64,000 bases of DNA from Podarcis filfolensis. Lineage: Eukaryota. Positions 1-12,826 of the stretch are shown here, in pieces. Made by a program: the position numbers and the translations under genes. The notes under the pieces were generated by a model. It was not told the DNA's origin. It did no database searches and was given only the letters and a program-made list of their open reading frames with translations. The number at the start of each line of letters is the position of its first letter. Position 1 is the first letter of the stretch. Location: the NCBI GenBank assembly GCA_964270895.1, contig OZ185441.1. The stretch is one strand, 5' to 3'.

Positions 1-1989
1 AACTTGTTCTTTAGCAATGACCAAACTTCCCCAGGAATTTTTGCGATGACTGATTCTGAGAATAGTAGAAATATAGTCATTTTTGCTCAGTTTCTAAATT
101 CACTAGTATATCCAGCCCTATATCTCATTGACAATGAACTCCAGGACCCCTCTCACCAAGTGGCTTCTATGTAACAGGGATTTGTCAGTGGCAGCAGCAG
201 AGAAATTGGTTCTTCTGCCCTTCTATCTCTTCTTCCTCTCTTCCAAATTTCTAGCAGCTGGAATACTGTGGGCCATACTAGATGTTAATCCTAATGCCTA
301 GGTGGCAACCACATCAGAAGATTTTTCAGTTTAACACCATGTATGGACACCTTTGATTTTCATCAGAACAACATCCGTCCACAGTTTAGCATTCATCTCT
401 GTAGCCATAACCCTAAGAAAATCACCCCTAGTAGCATAGAAAGCCAGCTACTTATGTGAAGTGGGGTTGTGGTGGCCCTGGTCTGCACAACTGAATTATA
501 AACCAGCTTTATATATTGCACATGTAAGTGCATATGTTATGGATTATTCTGCACATAAACACCATGACGGTTCTCAGGTTTTGTGGTACCCTTGGTCAAA
601 ATGCTCCCTGTGTGGGTTTATCTCTTCCTCGCCGCTGTTACTGTTCTCCATCCTCCTTTCACTGCTCCCTCATTCAAAGAAGGCATGTATAAGCAATGGA
701 GTGGAGCAGGAGGGCTCAAGAACTGGCAGAATTCCCCTACTTGGATGTGGGCCTCAGCAGATACCCAGCGTTGCTGACCCATGACACTGCCAACCATCTT
801 CATTTTGTTGTATGTTTGAGCTATGTCTATCATAGTTATGTGTGGCATTTCAAGGTAACAGAACTTCAGCTGCAGAGTTTAAAACAGTCCTTGGATTACA
901 GTACATCTCTGTTGGTGATTCTTAACCTTACTTTATTTTACTTGGAAGGAATCCCTGTGCTCTTTGGTGTTTAATTCTAGTGCAGGTAAATCCCAAACAT
1001 TGCTTCAGAAGCTTATGCCATGCCCAAGTCCTTCAGTCTCTGTAACTTTTCCATTCATGTATTAGCTCTTCTCCATGCACATATTAATTAAAGTTAGCTT
1101 CCCCCCTTAATTCTGCTCGCAATACAGTTCAGAGGCTCATTATTTCGGTGACTCTTTCAGACAAAATATATGTCTCTGAACTCTTTTGCCTTGTGAATAA
1201 ATGGAATTCACTTACTAGGCAGCATTATTCCGGGGTGGATTTTTTTATAAAAAAAAATGCTCATACATACAAGACTGTAAGTGGAATATTAAAGGCAATT
1301 GCACTTGTAACAAATAAAAGAATTATTAATTAAAAGATAAGTAATTGTGTCAGAGTAAAGTATGGCATGCTGTAATCTCCATTCTAACTAACAGCTTCGG
1401 TTTAATTAAAAGTACTTAGGATCATAAAATGTTAATGTTATGTACCAGCCATGCAGCAATAAAGAATGGTGTGACATTATTTAAGGTGCATCCCTGGGAT
1501 TCTAGAATGCTGTGATTTAGCCAGGCTGCTTAGAGAATGGTGACATTTTAAAATTTATTTTTACAGTTCCCTTCAAGAATGCTTTGGAAAGCATTTTGCA
1601 AAACCATAAACAATGGCACACATACAAAATTTGACTCCAAGTCAAAGGCTTTTGAAAAGCTTTTGTCCTGTGGTCAAGAAATACCACTCACCAAAAGCTA
1701 GCAGGGTGCCTCTTCAGGCATTATTGCTTACACAAATACACTCAGATCAGTGGGAGATTGTGGCCTTGGCTCATGTTCAGATCTGATGCCAGATCCCATG
1801 GAGAAAGCAGCAAGGCCCACAGAGCTTCTAGTGAGCAGCTTGCTTCAGCAAAGGCTGAGATTAGACTGAACCATTGTAAGCTTCTGCCCCTCTTGTGGCT
1901 AACTTTAGGGTCTTAAAATGCCAACCCTCTTTCCTGAAGATAGGCACTCCTCCTCCATTCAGTAGCCTCCCACCAGGTGCTCCCCTTGC

Positions 1990-2470
1990 ACCACAATGGA
2001 CCAATGAATTTTGCAATGCAGTTCTCTAGCCAAGTAATGTTTACAAAATGCATATCTTAGTGAAAATGACAGAAATGCATTACATATGGGGAAATTGTTT
2101 TTGCCCAATTTCGAAATCATATATAAAAATGTATTAGGAGAAATTATCACTAAAAAGCTGGTGAAGTTGCATGAGAATTTCTCCCTTCTTTTTTAAAAAC
2201 CAAATTTCTGCAGAACTGAATTTAAGATGAGAAAATGATGACGACGACGACAACAACAACAACAACAACATTTTTTTATTTATATCCCGCCCACCCCAGC
2301 TGAAGTGGCTCAGGGTGGCTAACAACAATAAAATAATACAAGATTCTAAAATCATTTCATTATAAAATTAATTCAAATCAAATTAATGGCAACCATTGGG
2401 CTAGAGAGAAACTGAGAAACTGAGAAACTGAGAAACCGAAAGGCTCAAGTTGGACAGATCTGTCCACCCT
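1990..2470 (+). mobile_element. TGCAT-rich interspersed repeat (probable non-autonomous DNA element), interrupted by an L2 tail at ~2236-2405
   Basis: Shares blocks such as gaattttgcaatgca, atgcatat...ttagg and gagaaactgagaaacc with the copies at ~32930-33288, ~43027-43145 and ~56010-56380. Confidence 0.6.
2236..2405 (-). mobile_element. L2 LINE 3' tail fragment
   Basis: tttatttatatcccgcccaccccagctgaagtggctcagggtggctaacaac resembles the reverse complement of the L2 3' end at ~5490-5545; simple-repeat tail. Confidence 0.65.
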
Positions 2471-2569
2471 TGTTCACCACATAACTGCAGTGTGCATAAA
2501 CTTGATACCATTTGCAACCTGATGTACAAGACACATTTGAGCAACCTCTGGTCCACTGGCTGCATAAGG

Positions 2570-2714
2570 NNNNNNNNNNNNNNNNNNNNNNNNNNNNNNN
2601 NNNNNNNNNNNNNNNNNNNNNNNNNNNNNNNNNNNNNNNNNNNNNNNNNNNNNNNNNNNNNNNNNNNNNNNNNNNNNNNNNNNNNNNNNNNNNNNNNNNN
2701 NNNNNNNNNNNNNN
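2570..2714. other. Assembly gap (145 N)
   Basis: Run of N. Confidence 1.
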
Positions 2715-5045
2715 TTTTGCTTCCTGGTGTTACCCTACTCATCAAAAACACAGCTGTTTGCTGGGCTGGAGGGAGTACAGTTCTGATGGACAGATAAAAA
2801 ACAAAAGGATGCATCCAGAGAGCAAAAAAAATTATTTGGGACAATACATGCTATTATACAATAAAATGTAAATGCATTGTATTGTATTTTGCATAGAATT
2901 AAAATAATGGTTTATGGAGTATCTTTCCAAAGTTAAAATTCCATGTGGAAAACAAAAAGAGAGAGGCTAATAAGTTGCATCTGGCTTTGTGAGAATTATT
3001 TTTTGCAGTGGCTAATAATAGAAGTAGAGTATTATTAAGTCTTGAAATATATCCTTTGCTGTTAATGGAATACAATTTGTGACCCATCAGGTCATTCTCC
3101 TTTTAGCATCTGCAATATCAACTAAGTGCTCCTAGTAGTTTGAAAATGCTTTGTGATATAAATGGATGATCCCCTTATTATAGTCGTGACAACTTAGATA
3201 TTTCATGCTTGCATAAATTCATAATTTGTGTGATTTAAATACAGTATTAACATCTTCCAAAGCAAACAGGGACACTAACACTATTGTAAATAATGCTGGC
3301 ATTAAAATAAAGCAGAAGGCTTTTGTGCTTCTTTTGACGGGGTGGGAATAATAAGTACTACATCCAGCAAGGTGTATGTGACTGGGAGTGGGACTGGTGC
3401 AGTGAGTTCAGTGGGTGGTTGCAATGGTGCTAGTGCAATCTGAAAGGCATTTTGTAATGGAAAAAAAATGGTTATGTATTTGGTCTAATGTTTGGTGGTG
3501 TCACCCATCTAATGAACTTTTTAGGTCTCACCTTGATATCAAATATACCTGCACTGAGTGTGAAAAGGTTAAATAAATAAATAAAAATGTCACAGAACAT
3601 AAATATATGAACAGCATATCCCATAATTTTAATGATTTACTTCATTTTATGGTTTTATCCCAGGACTGTGAGGACAGTTCAGTGGTCTAGCTAGCTGTGG
3701 TTCGATTTCTTGTCATTTACTATAATATATAGAAACAGGGGACTAGTATCACGATCCTGTAAATGTGTACTTAGGGGAAGGTCTATTTAGTTCAATAGGC
3801 TTACTGTTAGGTACAGTGCTACAGCCTAACAATGAAATCCTTTGCATGTCTGCTTGTAAGTCAAAATCATTCAATGGGGTTCATTCACAAATAAGTGACT
3901 ATAGAGTTGCAGCCTTAGAACGTCGCTTGGAAAAATACATCTTTTCTCTCAGAGTTTTGATGAATTTTAGCAGTTTGTTGGGTATTCCATTTAAAAAAAA
4001 ATCTGTAAAGTGATGAAATTGCTGACCTGGGTGATGACAGCCCCAAACAATGATTGCTGTCAGACAAAGACTACCTTTTATCTTGGAACTTGAGAAATAT
4101 TAAAGCAAAGTCAACTGTAAGCTATTTGATTTCTTTAAAAATCGGTCTTTCAATTATCTTTCTATTTAGATCCATTTTTATTGCACAAAGGAGAGCCAAA
4201 AATACGTGTTGTGTGTATGTCACAATCCCATTTTCTGATGAAAGATCTCTCCTTTGTAGTGCATAAAAAATAATCATCGAATTGAGACTTTACAGTGAAA
4301 GACATGCCGTTCCTTGCCCTTTGCATCGTAGGCCATGAGTGTTGTAACTGAAAATCTAGACAGTTAAGTAGTGGAAGAAAGTTCACATTCCGTATGAAGT
4401 TGTTGTATGGTCCAGAAGGTTTCTATGGGTGAATTCAGACATGGTAATATTGTGTTAGCTTAACTCATTATACTGCTAGCATTTCTGACCCATTTTCTAA
4501 TGCTCTTTTCACTTCTTTCCACACACGATTCTACCTTGAAAACAGCAGTGTGCTGATATACTGCACCAAATTCTTTGAGGAAGTGGTTATGGTAAAGATC
4601 AGTATGACCACTGAGAATTTAGGAAAAGAAATTTACTACTTACATAAGGATGTGTGTTTGTTCACAGTCCATTATGTACATTGCTTTACCTAATGACTTA
4701 AAAGGCAAGAGTTTCAACAAAATGGTCACTCACACAGCAATATTATGGAGAACTACCAAGCCTTAACCCTATACCTTACATATGGTTTCCATTTGACTAA
4801 GGTTGCACATAGTTACAATGCAGCTCCATAACCTATGTGGTCCAAATCTTGTACCACAAACTCACAAAGTGCTTAAAAGTAAGGCACTATTCTCTTTTCT
4901 TCATCTCTTTTGCAGATTCTACACGACGGAGAAATATTAATCTGCCTTATAGGATGTTTCTGGATTACACATGTAACCAAAAGCCTGTGTGAGAGATGCA
5001 TAGGAGGCATTAGGAAGAATACTTCACCTATGTGCTCTATGTGAT

Positions 5046-5545
5046 GGTGACCTGTAGACTACAACTAATCTAGAATGTGGCAGCTAGACTGGTGCCTGGG
5101 AGCAGCCACCAAGACCATATAACACCAGTCCTGAAAGACCTACATTGGCTCCCAGAATGTTTCTGAGCACAATTCAAGTGTTGGTGCTGACCTTTAAAGC
5201 CCTAAACGGCCTCGGCCCAGTATACCTGAAGGAGCGTCTCCACCCCCATCATCCAACCCAGACACTGAGGTCCAGCTCCGAAAGCCTTCTGGCGGTTCCC
5301 TCACTGCGAGAAGTGAAGTTACAGAGAACCAGGTAGAGGGCCTTCTCGGCAGTGGCACCCACCTGGTGGTACACCCTCCCACCAGATGTCAAGGAAATCT
5401 GACTTTTAGAATACATTTGAAGACAGTCCTGTTTAGGGAAGTTTTTTGTGTCTGTTGTTTTGTTTGTTTGTTTGTTTTAATATGCTATAAGCCACCCAGA
5501 GTGGCTGGGGAAATCCAGCCATATGTGTGGGGTGTTAATAATAAA
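5046..5545 (+). mobile_element. L2 LINE 3' fragment (degenerate ORF2 C-terminus and 3'UTR)
   Basis: Translates to HITPVLKDLHWLP...FKVLVLTFKALNGLGPVYLKERL...LRS...RAFSAVAP, typical of the L2 ORF2 end; followed by an AAT tail. Confidence 0.9.
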
Positions 5546-5557
5546 ATAATAATAATA

Positions 5558-5589
<32 letters not shown>

Positions 5590-5616
5590 TACTACTACTA
5601 CTACTACTACTACTAC
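5545..5616. repeat. Compound microsatellite (AAT)n(ATT)n(ACT)n
   Basis: Directly visible; forms the L2 tail. Confidence 0.95.
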
Positions 5617-7276
5617 CATCCAGCACTAAGAGGGAGTTGGCCTAGTTGAGCTTCAAGGCTTCTCCCAGCTGTATCATTCTATATGTATGCTAGTGGTTCC
5701 ATGTACTTGCAACATGCAATGGTAGCTTCAGTTGCAGAATAGCTTCAGTTGCGTAGACTCCACATATCTGTTCCAATGAACAGACAAATCTGGGACTTCA
5801 GTCCATCACAATGACAGTCAGTCCCACTGAATCAGAGAAGTCTCTGATTCAGCTCCATTGTAGTTGTGAAGCTGTTATTAATCACAACATAGGAGATTGT
5901 AGCCCATCAATATTGCTGAAATAACACTTCTGTTAAGGGTGCAGCCTTTCATAGCTGTAATTTCCTGGCATTTTTGGACCTTTAGAATGAATGTGGAAAG
6001 CCCATAACAGAACATGTTAAAACCAAAGATTGATGGTTTATTGTTAAAACATATTTTGTTGTTTCATTGCAGGAGGCTAACACGGCACCCACTCTGGAAT
6101 TCTTGAGCTAATTCGTTGTGGATATTTTTGCAAGCTTATTCTCTCCCATGTTTCCTGGCTGCTAGGCAATCAGTATTTGACAGTACAGGGAAACTTGCCA
6201 TGAAGTGATCTATTGATTCTGCATGTTGACACCATTTACACTGTTTGTTATTATCTGTAGTTATGTGATGAATTTGCTGTGGTTATTCATGAGCAATATC
6301 TGATCTTAAATGGCGGCTATAAATTGTTCGCTTCCTGCATATGTTTTTCTTCACCTATGCTATGCATATGTAGGATGTTTACCATGCCATTACTTTAGTT
6401 ACATCTAAGGTTTTGCATCTATGATGAGATGACACAGGCAAATGAATTAAGGATATGTTCTTTCAGATCAAGCTTCATGGGGCCATAATCCATTTCTACT
6501 CTTACTAAGATAGGTAGATGAATGCAAATATTTTTTACATTTGCAAATGTAGTTGATAGATACGATCATTCGTTAAAAGAATGTGCTGCATTCTAAACAT
6601 GTCTTTGGTATATATACAGTCTGATATTTATTTTTATCGCAACGTTTGCGAATACACATTTTGCAGTTTCTAAAATATAATGCTCCTTGTACAGTTTACC
6701 ATGTTATTCTGGTAGGGGCTATTTCTAGGTCAGAATTATAAACAACCACAGGAAAATTAAAATAAAATTATGTTATATTTTATTCAGCACTTATTGTCAT
6801 TATCTCCTCTCTACAGAAATGTATTTGTATCATTACAGAATGCAAGACTATGTCTCTACTGAAATTACAGATAATTCTAATAATGCCATTATGTTTATTA
6901 CTGGTTCAAGCACAAATCGTTGGATCATGCACATAAATAAACATTCATATTGAATTTATATATAGTTTTGAATAACAACAGAGGTTGCGGAAGTGAAGCA
7001 AAAAGAAGAGAATATTGCAGAGAAGTAGACATACAGTGCTATCCCATCCATGTTTACTCAGAAGTAAGTTCCGCTGTGTTCAGTGGGGCTATCTTATGGG
7101 CAGTCCTTTGCACGTTTACTCAGAAGGAAGTCAAACACTGTCCATTAGAGTTTACTCCTAAGTCAATGTGCATAGGATTGCAGCCTAAAACCTAATTGAT
7201 GTATATATTGCATAACAGACTTTTAAAAAAATGCATCAGTTGAACATGCTACATTAAACAAAATGCTAGATAAGGC

Positions 7277-7465
7277 TAACATGGTGTACTGGTGTTGCAC
7301 TAGTACTTGGGAGACCAGGGTTCAAATCCACATTGAGCTATAAAGTTTCCTGGCTAACCTTGGTCAGTCATAGTTTATCAACCTAACCCACCTTTGTGAG
7401 AATAAATGGAGAGCAGGAGAGCCATGCATACCAAGCTCTTTAGAGGAAAGGTTTTATAGAAATAA
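7277..7465 (+). mobile_element. Old tRNA-derived MIR/CORE-like SINE
   Basis: B-box-like gggttcaaatcc, CORE-like ggctaaccttggtcagtca, and a tail running into (GAAG)n. Confidence 0.55.
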
Positions 7466-7525
7466 GAAGGAAGGAAGGAAGGAAGGAAGGAAGGAAGGAA
7501 GGAAGGAAGGAAGGAAGGAAGGAAG
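7466..7525. repeat. (GAAG)n microsatellite
   Basis: Directly visible. Confidence 0.98.
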
Positions 7526-8212
7526 TCACCCTGTCTGTGGGATGCCTGGAGCACAGCACTAGTAGGACCCACCACGGGTGACCGACTGAGAAGATCTTGG
7601 AAAAGTTCTGCCAGTGGCGATTGGGAGAGCTGGGAAGTCTTGGTGGAGGAAATTCAGAGATGCATAGCTGAACATTGCTAGAAGAAGAGGTGAAGAAGGC
7701 CACAGTGATCGTGAATTTTTATTTTGTTAAAATTCACCCTGCCCTTCCATCAAATGGTACGCAAGGCAGCTGCCAGGAACCAGTAGTGGTAGGGGCCCAC
7801 CCAAGTACGCCCCGCCCCCCAACATGGTGCTGGCCTTGATGGGGCAAGAACATGTAACATTTGTTCAGCAACAAAAGCAGACCCACATTTATGACTGAAA
7901 CAGAGGCTTATGGCTGCATCCCCGCCAGCCAGTGACTCGTCTGGTGAACAGGTCTAATCATTCATCTGCAGATCACTATTTTATTAGACTCCATCTCCTT
8001 CTATTTTTATTGAAATATTTAATTTAAACAACATACTGTCTGACTTACTCCTTTTGTTTGCTCTCCCCTGCTTGTTAAATAAATCCCAGTTCTTGTTTTT
8101 TTATTCTGTTCTCTGTCTGTGATTTGCTGCCTACAAGTGACCTCACTGCTCCCTGTAGCCTCTGGCTCAGCTCTTATTTTTCATCAGGAAGATTCATGCT
8201 TTTAAATCACTG

Positions 8213-8216
<4 letters not shown>

Positions 8217-8261
<45 letters not shown>
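8217..8261. repeat. (TA)n microsatellite
   Basis: Directly visible. Confidence 0.98.
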
Positions 8262-8264
<3 letters not shown>

Positions 8265-8918
8265 TGAATGAAAAAACCCTCGCTATAGTAAGATCTGTAC
8301 TACACCACTTCCCCTTATCTGTTTACCTGGTACCAAACCTGATGGCTTATAGGCACCAGTAAAAACTTTTTTACTTTCCCAGGCTTTGGATATGATTGGT
8401 GATTATATGATTTATTGCCACTTTTTTACTACTGCTGCTGATTTTTTGGTGTGTGTTTTTATGCTTTGTATATTTTATTTTTATAACAGATGTTTCAGTG
8501 TGATATTGCATGCTGCCTTCAAAATTTGAAATTGAAAGTTGGGATAATAATAATAATTTAAATGAATAAATATGTGTTCCAGATCCCTTTTTGAGCTCGT
8601 GTATATCACAGCGAACAAGATCCATGACAGCTCACATTAGTCATTTCATTTAAATGCAGGATTCAGAAGGAGGAGTGATTTATGTTTGCAAAGTCACTTA
8701 ACTAACACAGAGAGAAAGGAAATGCTGATAACACTTTACTATGCAAACTGAAGAAACGAAAGAAAATGTATAATTTGCGAAGGAAGGAACACAGAGGTTA
8801 TGTCTTTCTTACTTGAGACTTTGTTCTTAGCAAGGAGACATTCAACCAAACATACAGAGGAAAATTTCACAGTTAATCAGAACACAAGCCACCTCAGTAA
8901 AGTTCATTCCACTCTGCC

Positions 8919-9192
8919 CAGCGGTGGAGCAAGCCGATTGGGCGCCTGGGGTGGCACGCATGCACGGGGCTGGGCCAGCTGGGGCAGGACACTCCATGGG
9001 GCCTCTGAGGTGTCTGCCTGCCTCCTCCCACTCAGACACCCTACAACTGAGGGGGAGGCGGCGGGGGGACCATTTGGGGCAGCGCGGAGCCTGCAGGCAC
9101 CCAAGCCACCGCGTCACTGCAGGCCCCACGGTGAGTGCCGCCTGGCATTTTGTCACCCCTCTCAGTGGTGACACCCCCTTCCTCCACACCTG
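8919..9192. mobile_element. hAT-type MITE (274 bp)
   Basis: Imperfect TIRs cagcggtggag / ctccacacctg; perfect 8-bp TSD ACTCTGCC at 8911-8918 and 9193-9200. Confidence 0.9.
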
Positions 9193-9572
9193 ACTCTGCC
9201 TGGTTGCTAAGCAACACCACAACTTGGTTAGCTGATTTACTAATAACAGCATTAACTCTAAAATTGCACACTGAATGATCTGTGCTGTTGCACTTCCAAC
9301 AATTTATATCTCAGGATCAAGTGTGTTTAAAAATAACATCCAACCCCAAAGGGGTTCTGAAATTCTAGCATGTAAGAACTGGGTTTTTCCCCTGAAAAAG
9401 TGCAGTATTTCTTAGGATTTAAATGTTTGGCTATGTGTAGTGGTCACAATCCACCAGAATTAGGCACACTGAAACCCATTTACTTTCACCTAAAGTCAAG
9501 GGGTTAAATTCAGCATTGATTCCTTGAAAAGGTTCTCAAACAGTGGATGAAACAGAACAATAGTAGGTTTCT

Positions 9573-10443
9573 TGGGATGGAAAGAGAAACCGGCTCTCTA
9601 GCTGGGTCTAGTTTTGCATAGCGTGTTCTCATTAAAGGAGAGCACGGGTTGCGGATGGGGCCAAGCAAAAACACCCACAGTTGCCAGGCAGGTTAGATGC
9701 AAGGGGCTTGGATCAGATTGGTGGTTGGTGTTACTGGGGTAAATTTGATGTTGCCAATTTAGGGGTGGGATCAGAGGTTATTTAAACAAGGTCCACAGCA
9801 TGTTCCTTTCTCTTTCGCTGTGGACACCGGATCACCCGCCCGCCCTCCCTTGATTGGGCTTGTGCTTTGACCTTGCTATGCCTGTCATGGGGTCGTCCGC
9901 ATTGGTGCGGGGGCCTGGTAGGAATTTTTCCTTTTGGCTGATTAGTGTGTGCCAATTGGGTTTTGCCTACTGCGTAGCAAATCGTCACAACTTGTAAGGT
10001 TGGCGGTTAGGCATTGGTTAAATTGGTTGGTGGAGGGGTATGGATTGGCTGTGCCTGCCCCTCCAATGCTGCTGCTGCACGGGAATTCCGTTAAAGGAAT
10101 TCAGGGGCTTACCATCCTCTCGTCCAAACCCCTGGAATCGGGTGCGGGCCGCGTAAGCTCCTGGGAGCATGCGGGGAGTAGCTGAGGGTCTGTGTCGCAG
10201 CTCCAGTTGTCCCTGATCTTGTTCCTCCGCACTGGCTCTCGCTGGAATCCGGGAGTCAGTGCTGTCCCCCAAGGCGGGGGGGACAGCTAGTCATAACCAA
10301 TGCCTAAGCAAGGACTCACAATTTGTATGTTAATAAAGTTGTGGCCAAAATTATGCCAAAAACCTTAAACAAAAATTATGTGTGATGTGTGAGTTATTGG
10401 GGTAGGGGTGTTTTGGGGACCTCAGCACGCAACTGGTATCACA
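9573..10443 (+). mobile_element. Probable solo LTR (~0.87 kb), boundaries approximate
   Basis: GC/CpG-rich block in AT-rich flanks; TATA-like ttatttaaa at ~9778, AATAAA at ~10332, GT-rich U5-like end; no convincing TSD found. Confidence 0.55.
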
Positions 10444-11204
10444 GGAAGAGCGGCAGTTTGCAAAATGAAATTTAAAACTAAAAGATCCCTTTGTGTTCTT
10501 TTTAAAAATGTGTTGGCAGGGGTGGACTCAGACAGATGCTCAGATCGTCATTTGCCAGGTTGAGACTTACTGCTATATAATTTTTTAAAAAATGGATAAT
10601 TACAAGCTAATAAAACTAAGCTTAAAAAGACAAGGGGAAAAACATGTGAGAAAAACTGTAACAAGTTCTGAAGAAAATATATGTGTAAATGAGCACTATT
10701 TCTGAAACTACCTTGTAATAAATATTACAAACAAACTGCATGAGGCCACGTCTCCAATCTCCATCTTTTCCTAGCAGAGCAGGCTCTAGAATGCTTTAAG
10801 TTCTAGTGGTGGGATGGAGTTTGAAGCTACCTGAAACACTAAGGAGGAAGAGTGCAAGGGCAGGGAGAATAGAAAGCACAGGAGGAGGAAAAGGAGAGAA
10901 ACATTGGTTTCTTATATTGATAGGTGTTACATCTTGTCATTTCCCAATGGAAAACTTCAAATGGTCAACATGACAGACAGGCCCAGCACTACCCTGGAAA
11001 TTTGTTAGGTAAGACTCAGGCAACCCCTTTCCAAGTCCATGCTGAATTGTATTCTGTATGCTTGAGTATAAATGTGATTTGTATTTGGTTTTCATCTTGC
11101 AGAACTAAATTCTTTTCTAGTGTGCCCTAAATCATTGGAATATCTAGTCAGCTTATTATCACTTTCTCAGACTTCTTCAAGCATCTGATAAAGTAGACCA
11201 CTTG

Positions 11205-11533
11205 GGCCACATTCACACCATACATGTAACACATTATGATACCACTTTAAACAGTCATGGCTTCAAAGAATTCTGGGAGCTGTAGTTTGTTCAGGGGAGT
11301 GAAAGTTGTTTAGAGACCACTATACTACTCCCAGAGCTACAATCCCCACAGTTTCCCGTGGAGAGGGATTGATTGTTAAATCACTCTGAGAATTGTAGCT
11401 CTGTGAAGGGATTAGGGGCTGCCTGACAATTCTTAGAAGCCTTAACAAACTGCAGCTCCCAGAATTCCTTTGGGAAGCCATGGCTGCTTAGAGTAGTATC
11501 ATTGTGGCCTTAACGTATGGTGTGAATGTGGCC
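11205..11533. mobile_element. Palindromic MITE (possibly PIF/Harbinger-like)
   Basis: 19-bp perfect TIR ggccacattcacaccatac / gtatggtgtgaatgtggcc, with further internal inverted symmetry; TSD not conserved. Confidence 0.8.
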
Positions 11534-12134
11534 AAAATGTGCACAGCTTGCGACTCACCAAGCTAAACCCAGGTGACTACCTTGCCAGATGCTCGACAAC
11601 CCTATTTTTGCTGCCTTAAGAGAGGTACAAAATAGGATGTCCTGGCAGACCACTGCACCTGGTTTGTCACAAATTGTTATAAGCAGGAGTGTCTCTACAG
11701 TCTACACGCACCATTTGAGAACTTTTGGGGTCCCTGGCCCCCTCAAAAAGTTTATTGGGTGGGTCAAAGGGACCTCAGCCCGTAGGAGTTGAGTCCTATG
11801 GTTATACACCTATACTAGACATTGGGCTACAAATTGGTAAGCCAATAAACACACCACAACACGATTTTGTTTTCTTGCTGCTAATAAGTATTCCAGCTAC
11901 TCTGTTGACCTTTGGCAAGGCTTCCATTTCATTTTTTGAAAGGTGCTGCAGAATTTAGAAGAGCTAACTTACCTGAGCAGAAGTGCCTTTCTTTTCGGCA
12001 AGGCATCTTTGGATCCAACGCCATACAGCTGGTGAAAAAAGGTGAAAGAGGCTTTCTTAATGATAAGCAGTAGATCAGGACTTTTGGTTGCCAGAGTACC
12101 ATTTGTTGGTCCTTTCTTTATTAACCAACTATCT

Positions 12135-12295
12135 TTGGAATACAGAAAGCTGCCTTATGCTGAGTCAGACCATTGGTCCTCCTATCTCAGTACTGCTAGT
12201 AGAGGTCCTGCATGGTCCCAGGATGTCAGGGATAGATCTGAACACTTTCACATGCAAAACATGTTCTCTACCACTGAGCTACAGCTCTTCCCTCT
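12135..12295 (-). mobile_element. tRNA-derived SINE with CR1/L3-like tail
   Basis: Reverse complement gives gctcagtggtagagaacatg...ccaatggtctgactcagcataaggcagctt; related copies at ~22525-22710, ~30015-30165 and ~63625-63755. Confidence 0.65.
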
Positions 12296-12826
12296 GAATT
12301 GTCTATTGGATTGACACTCTTCCTATTGTGCAGAGATTTCATTTCAGAATGTGTTATTAATGTTCAGCATCAGTATTCTTTTCTCTTCCATTCCAGAAGC
12401 TTGATTCTTAAGACTAAGCCTCTTTCATCACATCTTCTGTCTCGAATGCTGTAATTTTATAGGAAGAGACAAGAATCAGCAAAACTACTGACATAACAGA
12501 ATGGACCATATAGCAATATTGAGCAAGCTGAAAGAAAATATGAAGTTGACAAACAGAAATAAGCACCAGAAAATGATCAATTTTATGCCTCCGAATGACT
12601 GTGACTTCCCCCCTCTTAATTGGTTTACAAACCATGGCTCTGTTTTTGTCTCTCCTCTGTATTATAGCATGTTATCTCACAACCCAAAGACTAGAAGCAC
12701 TAACATTTGTTCCATTCTGAAAGTCTTCAGACGTGCCCTAACAATGACAGAGCAGAAGAGACAGGTAGCATAGCCCATTCTCCCTGCTCATATGATCCTA
12801 ACTGCATAAGGGGGAATGCCTGAATA

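Noticed and set aside
461-974. Overlapping ORFs in several frames, with a donor-like caag|gtaaca at ~853
   Set aside because: No frame is recognisable as a protein, and the overlapping frames cannot be distinguished
2408-2438. Short direct-repeat arrays (GAGAAACT units; also 38255-38316 and ~48919-48961) as CRISPR-like
   Set aside because: Eukaryotic DNA, no unique spacers and no cas genes; these are slippage duplications
2401-2871. ORFs spanning poly-X, also at 29353-29689
   Set aside because: Artefacts of assembly gaps
5827-5852. 12-bp inverted repeat with a 2-nt loop
   Set aside because: Too short for a pre-miRNA, and lies within a degenerate palindromic repeat
6262-6305. C-box (TGATGA) ... 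D-box (CTGA) snoRNA-like pair; similar motif at ~4010
   Set aside because: Spacing is too short (~40 nt), there is no terminal stem and no recognisable guide
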